Assembly: GCA_038087875.1 (NCBI GenBank)
Contig: CM075999.1
Coordinates: 3,970,001-4,034,000 of the forward strand
Reading direction: 5' to 3'
Length of the DNA stretch: 64,000 bases
From: Malacoraja senta
Lineage: Eukaryota
A program made the position numbers and the translations under genes. Shown here piece by piece: positions 52,091 to 64,000 of this stretch (position 1 is the stretch's first letter; each line of letters begins with the position of its first letter). Under the pieces are notes generated by a model. That model was not told the origin of the DNA. It saw only the letters and a program-made list of their open reading frames with translations, and did not search any database.

Positions 52091-52606
52091 GTCCCATCTA
52101 CTAGCCAGTCCTCTAGTCTCCCTCTCCCCTGACTCTCAGTCTGAAGAAGAGTCTCCACCTGAAACGTCACCCATTCCTTCCAACTGCCTGTCCCGCTGTA
52201 CTCCTGTATTTTGTATCTCTTCGGTATAAACCAGCATCTGCAGTTCCCTGCTACAATCTCTTCACCCTGCCTTCACTTTGTTGCCTGCAGTGAGCAGTGC
52301 CGCCTGCAGAGGGCAGATCTGCTGACCTGTGGATGTGAAGGAACTCAGTGAATCTCTGGACTCTTGGCCAGGACTCTTGACCTCTGACACAGTGGAATAA
52401 AATGATGCAATTCAATTTGAGAGCAGAAAATCTAATTTCTACTCAATCCACGGTAGAGGATTCTAAAACTAGAGGGTACAGGTTTAAGGTGAGAGGAGAG
52501 AGATTTAAGATGGACATTGGAGGTTACAATTTCACTCAGAGGGTAGTCCGTATCTGCCGCAGGAAGCTATAGAAGAGGATTAACAATGATGACTTTTAAA
52601 ATATAA

Positions 52607-53255
52607 CTAGACCAAGTGCAGACCCATTGGGTCAGCTCTCCCAACGCACCCGTTCTCTACCCGTAGCCCCCACAGGAGGCGTCGCCCTCCAACTCAAGCC
52701 GTTCCCGAACATAAGATTCCAGCACACCCCTGCCTCCATCAGCAGTGGGATTTAAAACAAATTCCAATTGCACTTGTCCTGTGTGTTGCAATAGCATTTC
52801 GCCCTCCCCCTGCTAGTCGAGCCATTGTGACGTCATCGGTTGAAGATGGCCGGTTTAAAATTAAAGGTATTTTGATTTTTTTAAACTTTAATCAGTAATG
52901 TCGAGAAATAAAGCATAGAATGTTCAGTGAATGATCTCTGCCTAGAGGGGGGAAATGTGAATCAGAATAAGTAAAAATCTTGTGAAAGTTTGCGTTTTTA
53001 AAGCTTTAGTCGCGAATAACGTGTCAAATATAGGATGAAATGTTCATTCAGGTTGGTCTCTGCTAGCCGAGCCATTGTGACCTCTCATTTGAAGATGGTG
53101 GTTTTAATTTCAAAGACTTTTGACTTTTTTAGACTTTTAGTCAGTAATGAGTGGAGAATAAGTCGAGAAATAAAGCATGAAATGTTCAGATAAGGTGATC
53201 CCGGCCTCGACGGGGAAAAATGTCAACCAGAATATGTAAAAATGTTATCGTTGCC
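52607..53255 (-). mobile_element. Helitron-like 3' end fragment
   Basis: On minus: hairpin GACCCAATGGGTC, 10 nt spacer, terminal CTAG followed by T; internal ~250 bp degenerate duplication. Confidence 0.7.
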
Positions 53256-53354
53256 GCGCAGTGTTTAAATAACCTGTTCCTGAAGCTGGAGGTCACGGTT
53301 TTCAGGCTCCTGTACCTTCTTCCCCATGGTGGCAGCGAGATGAGAATGTGATCA

Positions 53355-53880
53355 GGGTGATGTGGGTCATTTGGAGTGTGGGGGGGGGGGATGTGGGTGA
53401 TGGGTGGGGGTGTGGGTGGGAGTGTGGGGGGGGGTTGGAGGTGGGTGGGCATGTGGGTGGGGGTGTGGGGGTTGGGGGTGTGGGGGGTGGGGGGGTGAGG
53501 GGTGGGGGGGTGGGGGGTGGGGAGGTGGGGGTGTGGGGGGTGGGAGTGTGGGGGGGTTGGAGGTGGGTGGGCATATGGGTGGGGGTGTGGGGGGTGGTGG
53601 GTGAGGGGTGGGGGTGGGGTGTGGGGGGGTGGGGGTGTGGGGGTGGGAGTGTTGGGGGGGTTGGAGGTGGGTGGGCGTGTGGGTCATTGGGAGTGTGGGT
53701 GGGAGTGTGGGTGGGAGTGTGGGTGGGAGTGTGGGTGGGAGTGTGGGTGGGAGTGTGGGTGGGAGTGTGGGTGGGCGTGTGGGTGGGAGTGTGGGTGGGT
53801 GTTTGGGTCAGGGTGGTGTGGGTCATTGGGAGTGTGGGGGGGTGGTGGGTGGGGGTGTGGGGGGTGGAGTGTGAGGGGGG
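53355..53880 (+). repeat. G-rich low-complexity / (GGGTGGGAGTGT)n repeat
   Basis: Directly visible; dense GGG runs. Confidence 0.9.
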
Positions 53881-55164
53881 TGTCCTGACAACATTACAGA
53901 ACTCCCCACGTTGTATGAGACGGGACCGTTGACTTGCTACAGCAAACTTCATTCCATTCATTTAGAAAATAAAAATAAATCAGGCACAGAAACTACAAGA
54001 AGTATCCATTGATAATTCCACCAAGAGTCAAGAATGTTAACTCTCATTTATACCGACAAGGAACAATACCAGTCTTGCTGCAGTTTAACAGGCTGACTGG
54101 ATAAGCATCAACAACAAGCTTTTCACTGTACCTCGGTACACTGACAATAAACTAAACTGGAAGCCTCTGTGTGGGGGAAACAAATCCTGCCCCTCACGAC
54201 AGAGAAGGGACGTGAAACATCTCTGTTGTCGTTGTGCTGGAACAAAGGCAGAGAGTCCGTGGGGTTGAGGCCTCGCTTTAAGGCGACTCTCTTGTTGTTT
54301 GTCGTCCTTTCAGAGGTTGAGGCGGAGCTGTCGTTGCCCAGTCTGCAGCTGCCGTGGTTCTTCTACAGACATCTCTGTGTGGGGTGAGGGGAGAGCACGG
54401 TGGGGGGGAGGGGGTGAGGGGTGCAAGGGGGGGGCAGAGCTCTTGGGGGTGGGGTGTCCTGGACAGGGGCAGTCACTGACAAAGGAGGCTGGTGATGTTT
54501 GAGTGGGCAGGGGGGGGGGAATCAGTACTCACTGTGGGGTCTGTAGACGGGGGGGGGGGGGCTCCCCACCAGTGATGGGTCCACAGTCTGCCATGGCAGG
54601 TGGCACTGCCCTTTGTTCTGCTAAAGATTTCTTGTGTGGACTTTAGGAGTGTTGTATCCATATTGCAGGGAAGGTGTTAATTCATGCACCAAGGCGGGCA
54701 GCAAGGTGCTCACCTGGGTTTATTGATCACCAAGGACAAAGGCTCGGCCCTTTTACTCCAGTCTGAGTAGTGACAAGTGACATTTTGGGTCGAAACCCTT
54801 CGTCAGGGTAGAACATTAAACGATGAAGCCAGCAGGTGGGTTCAGCAGATAGAATAGTTGATCACGGCTCTACTTCTCTACTGTATGCCTTGAACACCAA
54901 GTGCCCATGAATCAAGCCAAGCTCCACCCAAGCTCTCCACAATACGGCTCCAGAACCTGTTGCAACTTGCATCTCTCTGGAACATTGAGTTCATGCTGCA
55001 GTCCTTGCCCGAACATTCTAATTTAACCTTTGATCTGCATTGTATTTCTTTGTGCAGCTGACAAATGAACTATAATTTAGAACATTTTCCCAGTTTTCAC
55101 AGACGATGGCTCCTTGACAAAATCAAGGCATTCCCTAGCTGTCTGCAGTGTGAGAGCACAGATG

Positions 55165-55463
55165 TTTCGTTTAGGGATACAACAAAGAAACAGGCCCCAA
55201 AGCCCACTACTTCCATCCTGCCTTCCATCACCTATACACTAGTTCTGTGTACTGCATACTAGGGGCAATTTACAGAAGCCCATTAACCTACAAAACCTGC
55301 ACGTCTTTGGAGTTGTGGGAGGAACCAGAGCACCCGGAGAAAAGCCCACGTGGTCACAGGGAGAACGTACAAACTCCGTACAGACCGCACCCGTAGTCAG
55401 GATCGAACCCAGGTCTCTGGAGCTGTGAGGCAGCAGCTCTACCGCTGCGCCACCGTGCCGACC
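55165..55463 (-). mobile_element. V-SINE/HE1-type SINE
   Basis: tRNA head, V-domain and tail on minus. Confidence 0.85.
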
Positions 55464-55861
55464 TTAACTTATTTGATTTGGAAACATAATAAATTCTTAT
55501 AATAACAACATTTTAAATAACAACATTTTAAAAAGCAGTTGGAAAGGTACATGGATAGGACATATGGGACTAGCTTAGATGGGGCATCTTATCGGGACGG
55601 GTGAGTTGGGCGTTGGGCCTGTTTCCGTGCTGTGTGACTCTATGACACCTTGTTATAGGCATGTTGTAGTTGTCGGTGATGTCTTAATCATTTGACTTAT
55701 TATTGTGACTGGGACTATAGAATTTTGCAAATGAACCAACAATAATTAACTGTGTGATCCTTATAAATAATTTTCATTATGTGAAATAAAAGACAAAGTG
55801 CTGGAGTAAACTCAGCAGGTCAGGTGTTATTCATTTATTCAACAGTATACAAAACATACTG

Positions 55862-56530
55862 TGTAGGAAGGAACTGCAGATGCTGGTTTACACCAAAGAT
55901 AGACACCAAATGCTGGAGTACCTCTGACAGCATCTGTGGAGAGAAGGAATGGGTGATGTTTCTGGTCGAGACCCTTCTTCAGTCTGAGAATCAGGGGAGA
56001 GGGGAACGAGAGATATAGCCGGAAAATAGAATAAATGAGATGCAAAAAGCAACAATGACCAAGGAAAGGTGGAGCCCACAATGGTCCATTGTGGCTGTGG
56101 GGTAGATGAAAAACAAGTTATACAGACAGTGAAACTCAGCAGGACGACAATGAAACTAGTACAATGACTAGGGGGAGGGGGGGTGAGGGATGGAGAGAGA
56201 GGGGATGCAAGGTTACTTGAAGTTAGAGAAGTCAATATTCATACCGTTGGGCTGTAAGCTGCCCAAGCGAAATATGAGGGGCTGTTCCTCCAATTTGTGC
56301 TGGGCCTCACTCTGACAATGGAGGAGGCCCAGGACAGAGAGGTCAGTGTGGGAATGGGAGGGGGAGTTAAAGTGTTTGGCAACCGGGAGATCACGTGGGC
56401 CTAGGCTGACTGAGCGGAGGTGTTCAGCGAAACGATCGCCCAGTCTGCACATGGTCACCCATTCCTTCTCCCCAGGGATGCTGCCTGACCCGCTGAGTTA
56501 CTCCAGCTTTTTGTTGTCTATCTTCGGTAC
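55862..56530 (-). mobile_element. Penelope-like 3' fragment (GIY-YIG C-terminus) between inverted terminal-repeat copies
   Basis: RLGDRFAEHLRSV...PVAKHFNSPSHSHTDLSVLGLL...EQPLIFRLGSLQPNGMNIDF, flanked by inverted GATGCTG/CAGCATC cassettes. Confidence 0.85.
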
Positions 56531-56842
56531 AAAACGTACCGCTGGAAATGAAAGGCAGTGAGATTTAATGATGTTTCATGACTAAAGCAGATGGTCATTA
56601 GATTTCCTTTCCTAAATCCGACACCTTTAAACCAACTGACAGATCCATTAGCGATGTCTCTGTGTGTCTTAGTTTAATCAGGTTCTATGTAAAGATCTGT
56701 ACTGTATGAAGGAAATGATCTGATGCACCCGGCTAAAGGTATAACACTGCAGCCTCCATTTATTTAGATGTTTTTCATTGTTTCGGCATGTTGCTAGATA
56801 GTCATCTGTTAGCTATCGACTATTTAAATTAGGTCCTGTAAA

Positions 56843-57042
56843 NNNNNNNNNNNNNNNNNNNNNNNNNNNNNNNNNNNNNNNNNNNNNNNNNNNNNNNNNN
56901 NNNNNNNNNNNNNNNNNNNNNNNNNNNNNNNNNNNNNNNNNNNNNNNNNNNNNNNNNNNNNNNNNNNNNNNNNNNNNNNNNNNNNNNNNNNNNNNNNNNN
57001 NNNNNNNNNNNNNNNNNNNNNNNNNNNNNNNNNNNNNNNNNN
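56843..57042. other. Assembly gap (200 N)
   Basis: Run of N. Confidence 1.
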
Positions 57043-57365
57043 CACACTCATCTCCCTGCTACCTTCAGGTAGAAGGTACAGGAGCCTGAAGACTGCAATG
57101 ACCAGGTTCAGGAATAGCTACTTCCCCACAGCCATCAGGCTATTAAACTTGGCTCGGACAATACTATGAACATTAATAGCCCATTATCTGATATTTGCAC
57201 TTTATCAGTTTATTTATTCATGTGTGTATATATTTATATAATGATATATGGACACACTGATCTGTTTTGTAGTCAATGCCTACTATGTTCTGTTGTGCTG
57301 AAGCAAAGCAAGAATTTCATTGTCCTATCAGGGACACATGACAATAAACTCACTTAAACTTGAAC
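57043..57365 (+). mobile_element. Rex1/Babar-type LINE 3' fragment
   Basis: LLPSGRRYRSLKT...NSYFPTAIRLLN and a GACAATAAA tail. Confidence 0.75.
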
Positions 57366-57374
57366 TTGAAATGT

Positions 57375-57575
57375 TCAAGAAAGAACTGCAGATGCTGGAA
57401 AAATCGAAGGTAGACATAAATGCTGGAGAAACTCAGCAGGTGAGGCAGCATTTATGGAGCGAAGGAATAGGTGACGTTTCGGGTCGAGGCCATTCTTCCA
57501 ACCGAAACGTCACCTTTTCCTTCGCTCCATAGATGCTGCCTCACCCGCTGAGTTTCTCCAGCATTTTTGTCTACC
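57375..57575. mobile_element. Fold-back (palindromic) Penelope-derived cassette
   Basis: ~80 bp arms in inverted orientation around GACGTTTCGG...CCGAAACGTC. Confidence 0.7.
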
Positions 57576-59910
57576 ATATAACCATATAACCATAACAGCA
57601 CGGAAACAGGCCATCTCGGCCCTTCAAGTCCGTGCCGAACATTTAAAAAAAAAAAAATTAAAAATAAATACTTCCCCCTAGTCCCATCTACCTGCACTCA
57701 GACCATAACCCTCCATTCCTTTCCCGTCCATATACCCATCCAATCTATTTTTAAAGGATAACATCGAACCTGCCTCCACCACTTCCACTGGAAGCTCATT
57801 CCACACAGCTACCACTCTCTGAGTAAAGAAGTTCCCCCTAATGTTCCCCCTAAACTTCTGTCCCTTAATTCTCAAGTCATGTCCCCTTGTTTGAATCTTC
57901 CCTACTCTCAATGGGAAAAGCTTATCCACGTCCACTCTGTCTAACCCGCTCATAATTTTAAAGACCTCTATCAAGTCCCCTCTTAACCTTCTGCGCTCCA
58001 AAGAATAAAGACCTAACTTGTTCAACCTTTCTCTGTAACTTAGTTGCTGAAACCCAGGCAACATTCTAGTAAATCTCCTCTGTACTCTCTCTATTTTGTT
58101 GACATCCTTCCTATAATTAGGCGACCAAAATTGTACTCCATACTCCAGAATTGGCCTCACCAATGCCTTGTACAATTTTAACATTACATCCCAACTTCTA
58201 TATTCAATGCTCTGATTTATAAAGGCCAGCACACCAAAAGCTTTCTTTACCACCCTATCTACATGAGATTCCACCTTCAGGGAACTATGCACAGTTATTC
58301 CTAGATCCCTCTGTTCAACTGCATTCCTCAATTCGCTACCATTTACCATGTACGTCCTATTTTGATTTGTCCTGCCGAGATGTAGCACCTCACATTTGTC
58401 AGCATTAAACTCCATCTGCCATCTTTCAGCCCACTCTTCCAAATGGCCTAAATCTCTCTGTAGACTTTGAAAATCTACTTCATTATCCACAACACCACCT
58501 ATCTTAGTATCATCTGCATACTTACTAATCCAATTTTCCACACCATCATCCAGATCATTGATGTACATGACAAACAACAGTGGACCCAACACAGACCCCT
58601 GAGGCACCCCACTAGTCACCGGCCTCCAACCTGACAAACAGCCATCCACCATTACTCTCTGTCATCTCCCATTCAGCCACTGTTGAATCAATCTTGCTAC
58701 TCCACCATTAATACCCAACAATTGAATCTTCTTAACCAACCTTCCATGAGGAACCTTGTCAAAGGCCTTACTGAAGTCCATATAGACAACATCCACTGCT
58801 TTACCCTCATCAATTTCCCTAGTAACCTCTTCGAAAAATTCAAGAAGATTAGTCAAGCATGACCTTCCAGGCACAAATCTATGTTGACTGTTCCTAATCA
58901 GACCCTGCTTATCCAGATGCTTATATATATTATCTTTAAGTATCCTTTCCATTAATTTGCCCACCACTGACGTCAAACTAACAGGTCTATAATTGCTAGG
59001 TTTACTCTTCGAACCCTTTTTAAACAACGGAACAACATGTGCAGTATGCCAATCCTCCGGCACTATACCCGTTTCTAATGACATTTGAAATATTTCTGTC
59101 ATAGCCCCTGCTATTTCTACACTAACTTCCCTCAATGTCCTAGGGAATATCCTGTCAGGACCTGGAGACTTATCCGTTTTCATATTTTTCAAAAGTGTCC
59201 GCACCTCCTCTTCTTTGAATCTCACAGTTTCCATTGCTACGCTGCTTGTTTCCCTTACCTCACATAATTCCATATCCTTCTCCTTCGTGAATACCGAAGA
59301 AAATAAATTGTTCAATATCTCCCCCATCTCTTTTGGCTCTGCAGATAACTGTCCACTCTGACTCTCTAATGGACCAATTTTATTCCTTGTTATCCTTTTG
59401 CTATTAATATAGCTGCAGAAACCCTTTGGATTTACTTTCACCTTACTTGCCAAAGCAACCTCATATCTTCTTTTAGCTTTTCTAATTTCTTTCTTAATAT
59501 TCTTTTTACATTCTTTATACTCCTCAAGCACCTCATTTACTCCATGCTGCCTATAATTATTGTAGATCTCTCTCTTTTTCCGAACCGTGTCCAATTTCCC
59601 TTGAAAACCATGGCTCTTTCCATTTTTTACTATTTCCTTTCAACCGAACAGGGACATAAAGATTCTGTACTCTTAAAATTTCACCCTTAAATGTCCTCCA
59701 TTTTTCTTCTACATCCTTCCCATAAAACAACATGTCCCAATTCACTCCTTTTAAATCCTTTCGCATCTCCTCAAAGTTAGCCTTTCTCCAAACAAAAATC
59801 TCAAACCTAGGTCCAGTTCTGACCCTCTCCATAATTATATTGAAACTAATGGTATTGTGATCACTGGACCCGAAGTGCTCCCCGACGCATACCTCCGCCA
59901 CCTGCCCTGT
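57576..59910 (-). mobile_element. CR1 LINE, 5'-truncated decayed ORF2
   Basis: SSDHN (end of endonuclease), NYRPVSLTS, GVPQGSVLGP, KYADDTK; stop at 58662, frameshift at ~59590. Confidence 0.95.
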
Positions 59911-60354
59911 CTACCAACTATTCAGGAATGTAAGTGGAAAGGAGAAGTGGGGGGGGGGGGGGGGAGGGGGGGAGAGGTGCAAGGTCAGCCAGGGCTCAGG
60001 AGAGGGAAGTGGGAGTGGAGGGGTTATGAAGGAAGGGGTGTGCTTTGTAGAGGTGACATAAAGAATTCAATGTTCACACCGTTGGGCTGGTGCTGGACTA
60101 GACAGATATAACTCTTTTTAGATCAAAAATATGTAATGAAATACCTGCAGGATTTGAATGCTGGAGTTTGCTCACTACTTCCCTGGTAGTTTCTCTTCAG
60201 ATGTTGGTTGCTCCCTTTGCAGCTGCTGCATTCAATGCATTTCTGCAGGAAGAAAAAACAAGAATAAAGTGTTAGTGTAGTTTGACACCTTGTAATGATA
60301 TCCAGGCTGGTAGCAAGGTGACGAGCCCAGCAGGTCACAGGCATCAGGTGCAGC

Positions 60355-62425
60355 ACAGAGTCACAGAGTGATACAGTGTGGGGTCAGGCCCTTCGGCCCA
60401 ACTCGCCCACACCGGCCAACAATGTCCCAGCTACCCTAGTCACACTTGCCTGCACTTGGTTCATAACCCTCCAAGCCTGTCCTATTCATGTACCTGTCCA
60501 ACTGTTGGGCCTCAACACCACCCTGTGTCACTGGATCTTGGACTTTCTGACAGAGAGACCGCAGTCAGTCCGTGTTGGCAAGAACACTTCAGGCTCGATC
60601 ACGCTGAGCACCGGCTCCCCTCAAGGCTGTGTGCTCAGCCCGCTGTTGTTCACATTGCTCACACATGACTGTGCTGCCAGATTCAGGGACAATAATATCA
60701 TAAAATTCGCGGATGACACAACAGTGGTGGGACTCATCAGCGGAGATGACGAATCAATGTACAGGGAGGAAGTAAAACAACTAGTGGACTGGTGCGGCAA
60801 AAATAATCTAGAATTAAATGTCGACAAAACAAAGGAGATGGTTGTCGACTTCAGGAGGGCGCAGCCAAAGCATACACCCCTCAACATCAGTGGCGCCACA
60901 GTGGAGAGAGTGGAGAGCATAAAGTTCCTCGGTGTGCAAATTACAGACAGCCTCACCTGGTCCAGGAACACCACTGGGACCGTCAAACGGGCCCATCAGC
61001 GACTGCACTTCCTGAGGAAACTAAAACAGGCCTCACTCCCCACCAACATCCTCAGGACTTTCTACAGGGGTACGGTGGAGTCTGTACTCACGTACTGCAT
61101 AAATACGTGGTACTCCACCTGCAACTGCTCGGACAGGAAGGCTCTGCAGAGGGTAGTGAGGGGTGCAGAGAGGATCATTGGCGTCTCCCTACCCTCGGTA
61201 CAAGAACTGTTCCAGAGCCGCTGTCTGAAAAAAGCTCAGAGAATTGCTAAGGACAAACTGCACCCCCTCCACATACACCTGGATCTCCTGCCATCAGGCA
61301 AGAGATATCGCAGCATCAAAGCCCGGACTATAAGACTGCTAAACAGCTTCCTGCCATATGCTGTGAGGCTGCTAAACAGCCACTCTGTACTCACAGTCAC
61401 CTGATTCTGCGGCTTGGCACGGACACTTTAATAACTGGCACTGGCCAATCAAATCAGCTGCCCCGGACATGTTTATGATTGGTTTTACTGTATTTTAACG
61501 TTGTTGTTTTACCTACTTTTTAACTATTTATACTGTTCCATTAGGGACTGGATTGTTTTTAGTGTTATTATGTGTGAAATGTTTTAAATTTCATGTGCGA
61601 TGCACCGGTATTCCCTGGGAAACGTCTTTTCATTTTGCACTGTACAACTGTTGCTTGCAAGATGACAATAAAGGTTGATTGATTGATAAACGATGGGATA
61701 GTCCCAGCCTCAACTACCTCCTCTGGCAGCTTGTTCCATACACCCACCACCCTCTGTGTGAAAAAGTTACCCCTCAGATTCCTATTAAATCTTTTCCCCT
61801 TCTCCTTGAACCCATGTCCTCTGGTCCTCGCTTCCCCTACTCTGGGTAAAAGACTGTGCATCTACCCGATCTATTCCTCTCATGATTTTAAATACCTCTA
61901 TAAGATCTCCCCTCATCCTCCTATGCTCCATGGAATAGAGACCCAGCCTACTTAACCTCTCCCTATAGCTCACACCCACTGGTCCTGGCAACATCCTCGA
62001 AAAATCTTTTCTGAACCCTTTCAAGCTTGACAATATCTTTCCTATAACATGATGCCCAGAACTGAACACAATAATCTAAATGTGGCCTCACCAATGTCTT
62101 ATACAACTGCAACATGACCTCCCAACTTCTATACTCAATACTCTGACTGATGAAAGCCAAAGTGCCAAAAGCCTTTTTGACCACTTTATCTACCTGCGAC
62201 TCGACCTTCAAGGAACCATGCACCTGCACTCCGAGATCCCTCTGCTCTATAACACTACCCAGAGGCCTACCATTCACTGTGCAGGTCCTGCCCTTGTTCC
62301 ACATCCCAATATGTAACACCTCACACTTCTCTGTATTAAATTCCATCAACCATTCCTCCACCCACCTGGCCAATCGATCCAGATCCTGCTGCAATCTTTC
62401 ACAACCTTCCCCATTCACTATCTTC
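60355..62425 (-). mobile_element. CR1 3' fragment split by the Rex1-like insertion
   Basis: CR1 ORF2 C-terminus at 62425-61688 continues at 60506-60355. Confidence 0.85.
60507..61687 (+). mobile_element. Rex1/Babar-type LINE, 5'-truncated, uninterrupted RT C-terminal ORF
   Basis: [57 protein letters not shown]; tail GACAATAAAGG(TTGA)n. Confidence 0.9.
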
Positions 62426-62435
62426 ACTATGACAT

Positions 62436-62960
62436 TAGTTAGTTTAGTTTATTGTCACGTAAAATATGAAAAGCTTTTGTTGCATGCTATCCAATCAGCA
62501 GAAAGACAATACATGATTTCAATTGAACCATTTACAGTGTATAGATACCTGATAAGGGAATAACGTTTAGTGCAAGGTAAAGCCAGCAAAGTCCGATCAA
62601 GGATAGACCGAGGGTCACCAAAGAGGTAGATAGTAGTTCAGCACTGCTCTCTGGTTGTGGTTGGATGGTTCAATTGCCTGATACCAGCTGGGAAGAAAAC
62701 TGTCCCTGAATCTGGAAGTGTGCGTTTACACACTTTTGCCTGGGGTCAAGGAAAGAGCGTTCACGTCACGGCCCTGTTTTCACCAAAGAAGCGACAAGAC
62801 AGACACCATTGTATGCAGATGCCGAGAAGTGTGTTCAGCTCTGGCTGAACAACTTCTAATCTTGTATGTGGACTCGACAAGAAGAAGAACCTTTTGCCTG
62901 ATGGGAGAGGGGAGAAGAGGGATTGACCAGGGTGCGACTCGTCCTTGATTATGATGCTGG
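62436..62960 (-). mobile_element. Rex1/Babar-type 3' fragment containing a 148 bp insertion
   Basis: Same family as 258-642, interrupted at 62743-62890. Confidence 0.75.
62743..62890 (+). mobile_element. Short retroposon 3' end with (GAA)n tail and 10 bp target-site duplication
   Basis: CTTTTGCCTG at 62733-62742 and 62891-62900; ends CAAGAAGAAGAAC. Confidence 0.65.
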
Positions 62961-63439
62961 CATTCTTACTTGCTGCAGCTTTGCAGGCACATTAATGTAA
63001 TAACACATAAATAAGTATACAATAATCAATACTACAATAAATGATTACTAATACCAGGTAGCCACACCATAGTAGTGCAAAGCAAAGTATGTAGTGTTCT
63101 ACAAAGTCCATGGCAGATTGTTTCTGGATTAGGGCTGAGGTTAGTGTTGTGCAGCGTTCAAGAGCCTCATGTTGTTGGGAAGAAGCTGTTCTTGAACCTG
63201 GAGGTCACAGTTTTCAGGCTCATGTACCTTCTTCCCGGTGGTAGCAGCGAGATAAGAGCGTGGCCAATGTGGTGTGGGTCTCTGATGATGCTGGCTGCAT
63301 TTTTGAAGCAGCGCCTGTAGATCCCTTCAATGGTGGGCAGGTCAGTACCTGTGATGGACCGGGCAGTGTGTGGTGGGGGGGTCAGTATCTGTGATAGACC
63401 AGGCAGTGTCCACCAGTCCCTGTATTTTCTTTACTTTCG

Positions 63440-63730
63440 ACTTTATTTTTGAGATACGGCATGGAAACAGGCCCTTGGGCCCAACAAGTCCACGCCATTC
63501 AGCGATCACCCCGTACACTAACACGATCCTACAAACTAGGGACAATGTACAATCTGCAGAAGCCAATTAACCTACAAACCCGTATGTCTTTGGAGTGTGG
63601 GAGGAAACCGGAACACCCTGAGAAACCCACGAGATCACAAGGAGCACATGCAAACTCCACACAGACAGCACCCGAGGTCAGGATCAAACCTGGGTCTCTG
63701 ACAACGTAAGACACCAAGGCTACCACCCCA
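63440..63730 (-). mobile_element. V-SINE/HE1-type SINE
   Basis: V-domain and tail on minus. Confidence 0.75.
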
Positions 63731-64000
63731 CCCCTATTCTAAAAGGCAAGGTCTCAGAAATACTTAAAAAGCTGTTCTCTAAAAGGTTACAGTTGAAAAC
63801 ACTGCCTGAATGTGCTGGTTTAATCCAGATTCAGAATGATTTCCTTAAGTTTAAAATTAAATTCAAGAGTAGAAGCATGTGATAGATCAGCCATGATTTC
63901 AGGGTGGACTAGACTTGAACATGACAGGGTGGGCTGAAGGGCCTTTATAACTCTACGACTATAACAGCATCGGGCGGTTTCGGGATCACTTGCCTCGCGC

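Noticed and set aside
51365..52229. 231-262 aa repetitive ORFs
   Set aside because: Translations of the 18 bp minisatellite.
53186..53961. Pro/Thr/His- and Gly/Val/Trp-rich ORFs
   Set aside because: Low-complexity G-rich repeat.
56824..57051. Poly-X ORFs
   Set aside because: Assembly gap artefact.
60376..60506. N-terminal part of the 342 aa ORF
   Set aside because: Read-through from antisense CR1 sequence; the Rex1-like part begins at ~60507.

Overview
Vertebrate genomic DNA, most likely from a cartilaginous fish (skate/ray/shark), judged from the repeat complement: V-SINE/HE1-type tRNA SINEs, CR1, Rex1/Babar and Penelope-like elements. The only recognisable host gene is an intronless SoxC-group HMG-box transcription factor on the minus strand (~12681 to 11598). 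It lies in a CpG island, has a multi-CCAAT promoter, and is followed by a ~9.4 kb TE-free putative 3' UTR. The protein is divergent: it mixes Sox4-like and Sox11-like signatures, has a 35-Gly tract and lacks the terminal LVFTY motif, so it may be a fourth SoxC ohnolog or a divergent Sox12. As assembled it has one certain and two probable frameshifts, possibly GC-rich sequencing errors. The remaining ~50 kb is a TE-dense gene desert: two long decayed CR1 ORF2 copies, a Rex1/Babar insertion nested in CR1, Penelope-like fragments and many fold-back derivatives with hammerhead-ribozyme-like cores, Helitron-like ends, a tiny TTAA-flanked MITE, two local inverted duplications, minisatellites and a 200-N gap. 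All calls are by eye; no database searches were run.
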